From IMG/VR virus record IMGVR_UViG_3300009132_000002: a DNA stretch of 32,936 nucleotides. One strand, 5' to 3'. The first letter of the stretch is position 1, and each line of letters opens with the position of its first letter. The position numbers were made by a program, and so were the translations under genes. The stretch comes from a virus (taxonomy: Duplodnaviria > Heunggongvirae > Uroviricota > Caudoviricetes). Below, in pieces: positions 8,030-14,967 of the stretch. Below the pieces are notes generated by a model. That model did no database searches, was not told the DNA's origin, and saw only the letters and a list, made by a program, of their open reading frames with translations.

Positions 8030-8037
8030 TATTTATA
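8030..8037 (-). promoter_or_regulatory. T4-type late promoter TATAAATA immediately after the porin stop
   Basis: Exact consensus abutting TAA at 8038-8040; faces a roughly 95-nt non-coding stretch ending at the terminator. Confidence 0.5.
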
Positions 8038-8814
8038 TTAGAAGTTGAAGCTAGCACCTACTGCTGGTGTCCATGCTTCATCATCAAGGTTATATGCTGT
8101 TTCAGCAAATACATTGATACCACCTAAGTCAGTAGCAACTTGACCACCAACATTTTGCGCCATTTCATCCATATCGCCATTTACAAATGCAGTAAGAGCT
8201 GAGTATGAAGCTGAAGCCTCATAAGCAAATTCTTCATTTGCATAAGTAATTACTGCGCCTACTGCAGCACCTTGAATTTCAGCACTTACATCAGCTCCAT
8301 AAGCAAATTCTTCAGTATCCATATTATAATCGAGAGCAACACCTACACCAATTGCATTTACTTCAGCTGAGTAGCCAAGCTGCAAATTTTGTAGTTCTGT
8401 CATATCTGTTTTATAATCTTTTACTGCTGCCATAAATGAAGCATCGCCTAAAGATACAATAATGCTTTCAGATGTTGATGGATCAGCAAGTGTATCATCA
8501 CCTACAACTTCAAGACCTGCACCCGGAAATAAATCTCCTTGATCTCCAACTGAAACTGACATGCCGTTTACCGCAGTTCCAAGTGACCATCCGTCAAGTG
8601 CAACTGCACCACCGTCTACCATTCCAAGATCAATTGATCCAAAAGCACCTGTTTCTAATGTAGAACCAAAGCCTAAGTCAATTGAATTTTTTCCGACCCA
8701 TTTATCGGATGAGTTTTGTGTTACATCTAGCTTTACTGAGCCAGAAATATCTGCAGCATAAGCGTTACCTGCTAAAGCAAATACTGCACAAGAAGTAAGA
8801 AGAAAATTCTTCAT
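8038..8814 (-). CDS. Outer-membrane porin (alphaproteobacterial/Rhodobacter-like beta-barrel)
   Basis: Signal peptide ...GNAYA; alternating amphipathic beta-strands; C-terminal BAM signal ...AVGASFNF; very acidic. Confidence 0.8.
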   Translation of the reverse strand: MKNFLLTSCAVFALAGNAYAADISGSVKLDVTQNSSDKWVGKNSIDLGFGSTLETGAFGSIDLGMVDGGAVALDGWSLGTAVNGMSVSVGDQGDLFPGAGLEVVGDDTLADPSTSESIIVSLGDASFMAAVKDYKTDMTELQNLQLGYSAEVNAIGVGVALDYNMDTEEFAYGADVSAEIQGAAVGAVITYANEEFAYEASASYSALTAFVNGDMDEMAQNVGGQVATDLGGINVFAETAYNLDDEAWTPAVGASFNF

Positions 8815-8946
8815 TTGTTATTTCCCTTGTTTTTTTGTTGTTTTTATGTAGACTCTTGCAGTTTCCGAACACGTCTACAGCATTCCTCATGACCCATCAG
8901 CAAGTTTGGTTCCTTTTCGTAAAAAGGACAATCTCTATTTTTATAT

Positions 8947-9150
8947 GATAGGAGGGACTTGCGATTACCCTCAACCCGGTCAACAGTCGCTCTGACAATT
9001 TCCAGGAGCCTAGCATTGGATAGTTACTTCCAATTTATACTGCATCTTCATGTCTCCACGCTCATGCAGTGCCACCACAGCTACTAGCCAAGTTCGGGGC
9101 CTGTAACCCCTCTTCCTTGCACTATCTAACATAGGTCCGTCGACCTAGCT
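8947..9150 (-). ncRNA. Candidate ~200-nt structured non-coding RNA (family unassigned)
   Basis: GC-richer non-coding stretch with five hairpins: 9132-9147, 9096-9110, 9039-9070, 9016-9033, 8952-8972; no ORF in the track. Confidence 0.6.
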
Positions 9151-9163
9151 ATTCTATTAATAC

Positions 9164-9460
9164 TGCCACTTTTCTGTTGCTAAGCAAGTGGCCAGCTCCC
9201 TGTGATTATGCCGCTAAGGCAAATCCAGATGGTGCAAAATTATCGTTTGCATTTGTAGTTTTTGACCGAATAACGTAGGTCAACACGATAAACTCCACTC
9301 AATATTCACACCTGTCGATCCTATTTCGACCCCATCATAAACACACTTTATATTGAGAGGTTCTTACGGCTTCAGTGCTGCCTCATAGTGTGTTTATGGT
9401 GGAGTCGCTGGGTACTGCCCCCAGGTCCAGTATGTGTCCACGTTGCTTCAACGTTTACAG
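9164..9460 (-). ncRNA. ssrA: Circularly permuted (two-piece) tmRNA, alphaproteobacterial type
   Basis: Acceptor piece first (T-arm CTGGG-GGCAGTA-CCCAG, then CGACTCC-A-CCA ending 9397), 63-nt intervening hairpin, then coding piece starting GGGGTCG at 9333 (G3:U70 Ala pair), AGGATCGAC, and tag frame 9250-9206 = ANDNFAPSGFALAA-stop; outer ends approximate. Confidence 0.95.
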
Positions 9461-9465
9461 ATTAT

Positions 9466-9494
9466 ATAGTATCATATAATGAGTAATAAGTAAA
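9466..9494 (-). promoter_or_regulatory. Sigma70/T4-early-type promoter for tmRNA
   Basis: TTTACT-17 nt-TACTAT with TG at the extended -10; start would fall near 9460. Confidence 0.75.
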
Positions 9495-9530
9495 CCATTT
9501 ATTAATCATTAATAAAATGTAGTAAATATG

Positions 9531-9707
9531 TTACAGTTTAATATAGTCGGAATCAATATTGTACCCAAAGGAATTAAATTCAGTTTTAAGTAAAAACGTA
9601 CCAACTTTTTTCTGATATTCTTCTTTTCGTTTCTTTCTAATAAGATCATTTCTTTTCTTATTGCGAAGAAAATTTGTACTACTATGTTTAAAAATCTTTT
9701 GTTTCAT
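9531..9707 (-). CDS. Small basic hypothetical protein
   Basis: K/R-rich ORF; ATG 9707 follows the upstream stop. Confidence 0.5.
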   Translation of the reverse strand: MKQKIFKHSSTNFLRNKKRNDLIRKKRKEEYQKKVGTFLLKTEFNSFGYNIDSDYIKL

Positions 9708-9708
9708 A

Positions 9709-10050
9709 TTAGAAAAAATCTTCCAAGGTTGCTTCTTTTTTTTCAATTTTAGTATCGGGATTAATCTTTCTTAACTCTTTTAAAGAATCTGGTATTCTAC
9801 TAGGATATTTACCTAAAAAACTGCCAGCAACTAACTCATCCTTGGTAATATATTCTTTATGGAAATGAGTAATATTATCCCAGTTTTCTAGGAGTTTTTT
9901 ACCTATATCATCAAATATAGCATCACTTAGTATAGGATCATCTTCTTTATAATAAGCATATGATGCCATAAGATACCATGGCACCATCATATTTTTATTA
10001 CCATCAAAGATCTGAGTTGCGTAATTATCCAAGTTCATTGTCATGCACAT
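9709..10050 (-). CDS. Stand-alone NAD-dependent DNA ligase domain Ia-like protein with a C-terminal TLEDFF peptide
   Basis: YAYYKEDDPILSDAIFD matches the YY-x-D-x-P-x-ISD-x-x-YD signature of LigA domain Ia; ends ATLEDFF; exact start uncertain. Confidence 0.65.
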   Translation of the reverse strand: MCMTMNLDNYATQIFDGNKNMMVPWYLMASYAYYKEDDPILSDAIFDDIGKKLLENWDNITHFHKEYITKDELVAGSFLGKYPSRIPDSLKELRKINPDTKIEKKEATLEDFF

Positions 10051-10309
10051 ATAGTTGTAATAGAGCGTAGTGTAACACTTTCATAAGGTCTTTACGAGCA
10101 TCTGCTGCAGTACCCTTCTTACCATATCTATTAGAATATTTATCCACATTGCCCATGCAGAAACCAGTACCGTGACCACGATCCATAATTACTTCAGTTG
10201 ATTGAAATTTATTCTGAGAATAGTGCTGATTATAGGTAGCATCCACATACTCTTTAAATTCCTTAATATATTTTTCTTCGTCGAAACGATAGTCAATTTT
10301 ATTTTTCAT
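10025..10309 (-). CDS. DUF3310/SaV-like conserved phage protein
   Basis: HY...GFCMGNVDKYSNRYGKKG...DLMKVLHY pattern; start moved to ATG 10309 behind GAGG. Confidence 0.7.
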   Translation of the reverse strand: MKNKIDYRFDEEKYIKEFKEYVDATYNQHYSQNKFQSTEVIMDRGHGTGFCMGNVDKYSNRYGKKGTAADARKDLMKVLHYALLQLYVHDNELG

Positions 10310-10316
10310 TCTTTCC

Positions 10317-10874
10317 TCATCTATAAAAAATATGGTCGTCAACCTTGGTCACAAGATCATATGCGGTTCTCCAATAAGGAGACACTTTAATTGAGTGGTA
10401 CATTATAGAACCGTGTGTGGGATCCTTAAATAGATAACCTGCTGTTCTATCCATTAATACTACTTGAGCAACAATGCCGGCTTGTCTCCATGCAGCTTGT
10501 GATATTTTATTAGTAGGAATACGATCAGACTTTCCATCACAATACCAACTAAAATGACACATGTTACGAATAGGTTTACCATTCTTGTCACGCTTTGCTT
10601 GTTTCACAACTCCACAAATAGTATTTGGATATAGTGAACTATCTAATCTATTAAGAGTTACCCAAGCAACAGCAACTTGCCCCTCGACTGTTTGGTTACG
10701 TGCCTCAAAGAAAATATTTTGACGTAAACAATATACATCATCGTAAGTAATTCTCTGGACAATCTGCTTTGTCCAACTATTCTCACTGGCGTATAATTGG
10801 GTGCCTGCAACAACTACAATCGCTGTTGCAGTAATACCATTGATGACACCCGATAAAAAATTACGAAGTTTCAT
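10317..10874 (-). CDS. SleB/CwlJ-like cell wall hydrolase (Hydrolase_2) with N-terminal hydrophobic segment
   Basis: CLRQNIFFEARNQ, GQVAVAWVTLNR, PNTICGVVKQ, FSWYCDGKSD, DHIFY. Confidence 0.9.
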   Translation of the reverse strand: MKLRNFLSGVINGITATAIVVVAGTQLYASENSWTKQIVQRITYDDVYCLRQNIFFEARNQTVEGQVAVAWVTLNRLDSSLYPNTICGVVKQAKRDKNGKPIRNMCHFSWYCDGKSDRIPTNKISQAAWRQAGIVAQVVLMDRTAGYLFKDPTHGSIMYHSIKVSPYWRTAYDLVTKVDDHIFYR

Positions 10875-11260
10875 TATACAGTTTCCAAATTCATTTCAAC
10901 TTCCTCAAAGCTACGCTTATTACGAGGACCGTATGTGTTAGTATAGAACCATGCTTCTCCGTCAAACAAGTAAAGATAATCTGCACCAGCATGTTTCTCG
11001 CCACACTGCAGAAAAGTTTTTACTGAGTTATAAACTATTGGTTTTTCGTTCTGATGCACAGCTGCTTTTAAATCGTGATCAAGATCAGATGTTAAACCTG
11101 AAAGATAGCCAGCATTTGCAACTTCTTTTGCAGCTTCGGGTGTGTTATATGATTGAACTAAAAGTTTACCGTTGTAAGAAAGGTAACCATCATAGTGGCA
11201 GTATGTCGCAGTAACTGAACCATCGTCATTGTAAATTCCGATCATTGATGCAGTACCCAT
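10874..11260 (-). CDS. Conserved hypothetical phage early protein
   Basis: MGTASMIG...YCHYDGY motif; GGAG RBS; directly behind an early promoter. Confidence 0.8.
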   Translation of the reverse strand: MGTASMIGIYNDDGSVTATYCHYDGYLSYNGKLLVQSYNTPEAAKEVANAGYLSGLTSDLDHDLKAAVHQNEKPIVYNSVKTFLQCGEKHAGADYLYLFDGEAWFYTNTYGPRNKRSFEEVEMNLETV

Positions 11261-11294
11261 AATATATCTCCTATCCGATTCTCTTTATACTACT

Positions 11295-11336
11295 AATATA
11301 GTATATTTCGGATGGAATGTAAACCCCTAAAATGAA
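11295..11336 (-). promoter_or_regulatory. Early promoter with conserved 16-bp upstream element (copy A)
   Basis: CATTTTAGGGGTTTACA-17 nt-TATATT. Confidence 0.8.
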
Positions 11337-11340
11337 GTTT

Positions 11341-11565
11341 TTATACTTTTTTTATCATTTTTTCTCTTGATGACTTATCGTCTTTTCCTAGTAGTTGATC
11401 TACTAAGTCTAAAATATAATCGTAGTTTTTACACTTAAATGTTAGTGATTTAAATCCATCAGGACGAAACTGATAATCAGATAATGTGCAACCATGATCC
11501 TTTGCAAATTTAGCCATAGTATTTTTTGTAGAAGCTGATTTAATTTTTAATGTTGCTTGATACAT
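11341..11565 (-). CDS. Hypothetical protein
   Basis: 74-aa ORF behind the promoter at 11596-11624. Confidence 0.65.
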   Translation of the reverse strand: MYQATLKIKSASTKNTMAKFAKDHGCTLSDYQFRPDGFKSLTFKCKNYDYILDLVDQLLGKDDKSSREKMIKKV

Positions 11566-11595
11566 TACGATATCCTTTATCTGTATTGAAAATAT

Positions 11596-11624
11596 ACTAT
11601 ATCATATTTATAATGAATTGTCTA
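11596..11624 (-). promoter_or_regulatory. Sigma70-type promoter
   Basis: TAGACA-17 nt-TATAGT with TG extension. Confidence 0.55.
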
Positions 11625-12114
11625 CCCAAAATATTTGATTAGGCGGTAAGAAGCCATATACAAACCATGCAACACCAAAGTGTGGATTTCCACTGCCAGT
11701 AAAATCTACTCTATGGTTATAAACTATTGCAGACATACCATGTTCTATAAATTGCCTACCTCTTCTGACACCTTGAAAAGAAGATACTGGTAGAAGTAAA
11801 GCAAATGGTTTTCCAAGATTATAACAGTGTTTGATAAACTTGTCTTTTTTACTGTATGGCGGATTAGTTACTATTCCATCATACACATCATCTGTAGTAC
11901 ACTCAAAAAAGTCTTTACCGTTACTAGATTTCATATTATATCCGTTCTCGGTAAAAGCTTGTACTATGTTAGATGATATACCAGATGTAGGTTCATAGTA
12001 AGTTTTATTTTTATCGAGATAGGTTAATAGAGGTTTTATCTGCTCTGCTGGAGTGTAACATTCGTCACTTTCTTCATTACGTCCAATAGTTTTTAAAACA
12101 TTAATTATTGCCAT
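11608..12114 (-). CDS. Putative orphan N6-adenine DNA methyltransferase
   Basis: SDECYTP, YEP motif-I-like segment, catalytic VTNPPYS, KPFALLLP; start moved to ATG 12114. Confidence 0.7.
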   Translation of the reverse strand: MAIINVLKTIGRNEESDECYTPAEQIKPLLTYLDKNKTYYEPTSGISSNIVQAFTENGYNMKSSNGKDFFECTTDDVYDGIVTNPPYSKKDKFIKHCYNLGKPFALLLPVSSFQGVRRGRQFIEHGMSAIVYNHRVDFTGSGNPHFGVAWFVYGFLPPNQIFWVDNSL

Positions 12115-12658
12115 TTTCATCACACGGCGTAATTTCTGGACAACAATGCATCTCATAGAAGCAGTCTATAAATTCCCAACCTAAATCTTCTACTCCATCT
12201 TCATAAGCTTCATTATATGCAGCTTCTGCATCTTCTATCCATTGTTCTTGTTGCTCTTCACCAACACCATGAAGTTCAGCGCCAATAAGAGCCCAGTCTT
12301 CCCAACAACCGTCCCAGGTTTCTAGCATTTCAGCATCTTCATAATCTTCACTTATATCAATAAAGTCGTCTGTTATTTTAGGCAAAAGATAATCTTCTAA
12401 TTTAGTTTCTTCTGTAATAATATCTTCTTCACCATGATAGTCTGCAAGATATTCCTGAATTGAATCATACTCTCCCTTATCAGAAAGAAATTCTTTAATT
12501 TCATCTTCTGTTTCTGGAATACTAATTAACCAAGAACCATGTCTCCATCCTAATTCTCTACGAAGAAATATATCATTTCCATCAGCATCTTTTCTTTTAA
12601 ATGTGTGCCATTCTATAATGGATTTTTTAACTGATGGTTCTAATCTATAGTGTTTCAT
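12101..12658 (-). CDS. Acidic hypothetical protein
   Basis: 185-aa ORF, GGAG RBS, very D/E-rich. Confidence 0.75.
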   Translation of the reverse strand: MKHYRLEPSVKKSIIEWHTFKRKDADGNDIFLRRELGWRHGSWLISIPETEDEIKEFLSDKGEYDSIQEYLADYHGEEDIITEETKLEDYLLPKITDDFIDISEDYEDAEMLETWDGCWEDWALIGAELHGVGEEQQEQWIEDAEAAYNEAYEDGVEDLGWEFIDCFYEMHCCPEITPCDENGNN

Positions 12659-12671
12659 AATATGTCTCCTA

Positions 12672-13340
12672 TTACCAGTTAGTACCGTGTCGACCCTTAT
12701 CTGGCATTGTAAATAAAGCTTTTACTCTACCTTCTGTAGGCTTTCTTGCAAATACACACCATTGTAATGTAGCAACGCCTTTATATTCTTTTTCAATAAA
12801 CTCTTTAAAACTAGTGCCCGTAGTATATACATCATCAACTATAAGAATAGGGTCATCGGGATTTCCAGTAGAATATTGATCAAGTGCTTTACCTAGTGCA
12901 ACACCACCTCTTGGAATTCCTACAGCTTTTTGCCAGACTTGTGGTTCATAATCTTTTATCATTTCCGCAAGAACATGCCACTCTTCTGGTCTTAGTGCAT
13001 CACATTCAATTTTCCAATTAAGTTTAAGCCCGGCATGGCTTATAAAGTCTCCAGATTCAAATAAACTTGCATCAGTTCTGTGTGGCATATGTAATCCTCC
13101 TGTAAAAGCATCTTTTTCTTGGAGGTATTTATTCACCAAACTTTCAAGATATTCTATATATTCAGCAGCCTGATATTCTACACTATCTAACATACCAGAT
13201 ATTTTATACTTATCACCTGCCATATTCATAAGTTCGGCGACCCATTTACTAGGTCGCCGACGTGGTTTTATATCATTATATACTTTATCTACAACATCAT
13301 GTTCGTTGTATTCTTCTTCAAATCCATGTGTACTATGCAT
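12672..13340 (-). CDS. Type I phosphoribosyltransferase (orotate PRTase-like) with in-frame N-terminal extension
   Basis: FISHAGLKLNWKIECDAL, AVGIPRGG, PRPP-binding LIVDDVYTTGTS; strong internal GGAGG-ATG at 13088. Confidence 0.8.
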   Translation of the reverse strand: MHSTHGFEEEYNEHDVVDKVYNDIKPRRRPSKWVAELMNMAGDKYKISGMLDSVEYQAAEYIEYLESLVNKYLQEKDAFTGGLHMPHRTDASLFESGDFISHAGLKLNWKIECDALRPEEWHVLAEMIKDYEPQVWQKAVGIPRGGVALGKALDQYSTGNPDDPILIVDDVYTTGTSFKEFIEKEYKGVATLQWCVFARKPTEGRVKALFTMPDKGRHGTNW

Positions 13341-13341
13341 A

Positions 13342-13509
13342 TCATTTATTCTTTATTATTTTTACACCCTGTTTTTTTCCACAAGCAGGACAATGTAATT
13401 GACCCCTATCAATCATATATTTTTCTTCCATAGTTGGAAGAGTAAAGTAAAATTTACAACAAGAACAAGTAATGTGCCAAATTATTTCTTTACTTGCTTG
13501 AAATGCCAT
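13342..13509 (-). CDS. Zinc-ribbon protein (55 aa), missed by ORF track
   Basis: MAFQASKEIIWHITCSCCKFYFTLPTMEEKYMIDRGQLHCPACGKKQGVKIIKNK; CxxC...CPxC; fills the gap between neighbours. Confidence 0.7.
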   Translation of the reverse strand: MAFQASKEIIWHITCSCCKFYFTLPTMEEKYMIDRGQLHCPACGKKQGVKIIKNK

Positions 13510-13514
13510 AAGTG

Positions 13515-13733
13515 TCAATGATATTCTGATTCAAGTAGTTTAAATCCAAGAGCCCAGTTTTCTGCAGCATCTTCTATATATTGCATTGATTTTCCTTTAT
13601 AGTCTTCAGTAAAAAATAACTTTTCATTATTATCAAAATATTTTATATAGCCGTATTCCTCTTTAAAATCGAAATGGATTTCACAGTAACCCTTTCCGTG
13701 ATCCGAATAATAAGTTGAAAGTTTTCTTCCCAT
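13515..13733 (-). CDS. Conserved hypothetical protein
   Basis: 72-aa ORF with GGAG RBS; ends EDAAENWALG. Confidence 0.7.
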   Translation of the reverse strand: MGRKLSTYYSDHGKGYCEIHFDFKEEYGYIKYFDNNEKLFFTEDYKGKSMQYIEDAAENWALGFKLLESEYH

Positions 13734-13737
13734 TCAT

Positions 13738-14442
13738 TTACTCCTTTTGAATAAAGTTTTCTACTGAAGGATAAATCTGAGCAATTGCTTTTGCAATTTC
13801 GATTGCCAGATTCATATGCTCTTGTTGAGTTCCGTTTGCTGAACGTAGCTCAATATAATGAATCCATGATCTAATGGTACCATTCGCATATAAACGAGAA
13901 ACCGTATTGCCTTCTGGTAATATGGCTCTTGCTTGTTCCTTTGCAATACCCCTTTCTCTTGCTTCTTTATAAATTCGTTTAGTATGATCAATCATAAACT
14001 GCTGTTGTGCGTGCCACCAAGCTTCAAGTGCAGCATCATCATTCTTTATACTATTTTGACGATTCTTTTCATCTTGAAGTCTAGCTTCACGAATAACAAA
14101 TGCTTCTCCCATATCATTTGGATCTGCATATCTTTGAGAAAATTCTTGGAAAGAAAATGATCTATGACGAAGAAACTGTCGAGCGATATCTCTTGTAGTT
14201 TCAATCTCCATTGTAGCTGAAGCCATTTCAAATGGTGACCAATGCTTATGTTTAATTAAATATGATAAAAGCTTTGGTGTTGTTTTAGTGTTAGCTTGAT
14301 TCCCAGGATTTGATACTCTAGCACAATATGCAATCAGATCTTGAATATTATCTAAACCCATAATCCCTGGTTCTCCAGAGTGCAAATGTCTCATCGGTTG
14401 GCTATATGCCAATAATCTAACTCTCAATGGTCTAACTTTCAA
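13738..14442 (-). CDS. thyX: Flavin-dependent thymidylate synthase
   Basis: KHKHWSPFE, RQFLRHRSFSFQEFSQRY signature, ARAILP. Confidence 0.96.
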   Translation of the reverse strand: MKVRPLRVRLLAYSQPMRHLHSGEPGIMGLDNIQDLIAYCARVSNPGNQANTKTTPKLLSYLIKHKHWSPFEMASATMEIETTRDIARQFLRHRSFSFQEFSQRYADPNDMGEAFVIREARLQDEKNRQNSIKNDDAALEAWWHAQQQFMIDHTKRIYKEARERGIAKEQARAILPEGNTVSRLYANGTIRSWIHYIELRSANGTQQEHMNLAIEIAKAIAQIYPSVENFIQKE

Positions 14443-14675
14443 TTTAAATATCCCCTATATTGGTGTTCATTAATATCATCTTTAAATTGGATCATAACTT
14501 CTAACATTTTATCATAATCATCTTCGTCTAATAAAGATTTATATAGACTTAATCCAGTGGTCGTAAGAATTGCCGCAATCATTAATGGCTCACTATTATT
14601 TTCGGATAAACTATTAACAGTTTCTATAATTTTCCTATAGCAAACTTTAAAATCATTATCATCATAATTGGTCAC
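14439..14675 (-). CDS. Hypothetical protein
   Basis: 78-aa ORF, 4-nt overlaps with both neighbours. Confidence 0.65.
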   Translation of the reverse strand: MTNYDDNDFKVCYRKIIETVNSLSENNSEPLMIAAILTTTGLSLYKSLLDEDDYDKMLEVMIQFKDDINEHQYRGYLN

Positions 14676-14956
14676 TGTACTTCTTTCATAACATATGTTT
14701 TATTTTTCATATGGTCAACATATGCTTTACCTGAAATCCGCTGTTTAATAAACGGTTTATTTGTTTCCGATTTATTAGGATTTTCAATGGTAACAACAAT
14801 ATCTTTACCTTTTTGCAAAGCTTTCTGTTGATTAATCATTCTCATTGGTGAATCAAGATATTCTCTACGCATTTCCCTGCGAATAGTTTTACTTACATTT
14901 GAGTGAACACCCTGAGAAACATTACCTTTAGATTTGCCGCCTTTACCTTTAGCCAT
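14672..14956 (-). CDS. Basic hypothetical protein
   Basis: 94 aa, K/R-rich N-terminus MAKGKGGKSK, AGGA RBS. Confidence 0.7.
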   Translation of the reverse strand: MAKGKGGKSKGNVSQGVHSNVSKTIRREMRREYLDSPMRMINQQKALQKGKDIVVTIENPNKSETNKPFIKQRISGKAYVDHMKNKTYVMKEVQ

Positions 14957-14967
14957 AATTTAATTCC

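Noticed and set aside
3778-8814. Calling the porin or any cassette gene a fimbrial usher
   Set aside because: Ushers are about 800 aa with plug and periplasmic domains; the porin is 258 aa and nothing else is large enough.
8815-8900. preQ1-I riboswitch or hammerhead ribozyme in the porin leader (hairpin plus A-rich tail; CTGATG...GAAAC)
   Set aside because: The hairpin interior is 19 nt and can fold on itself, unlike the short preQ1 loop; the hammerhead core CUGAUGA is broken (CUGAUGG) and the three-stem geometry is not evident.
8947-9150. RNase P, SRP or 6S RNA identity for the structured region
   Set aside because: No GAGGAAAGUCC or AACCCGGCUUA RNase P motifs, no SRP GGAAG/AGCAG loop in a long hairpin, and no single long rod with a central bubble.
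9330-9428. tRNA-like acceptor stem and T-arm read as a tRNA gene
   Set aside because: The 3' half precedes the 5' half, there is no anticodon arm, and a tag reading frame follows; it is a permuted tmRNA.
11605-11612. Exact TATAAATA late-promoter match
   Set aside because: It overlaps a stop codon and lies in the spacer of a good sigma70-type promoter among early genes; probably chance in AT-rich DNA.
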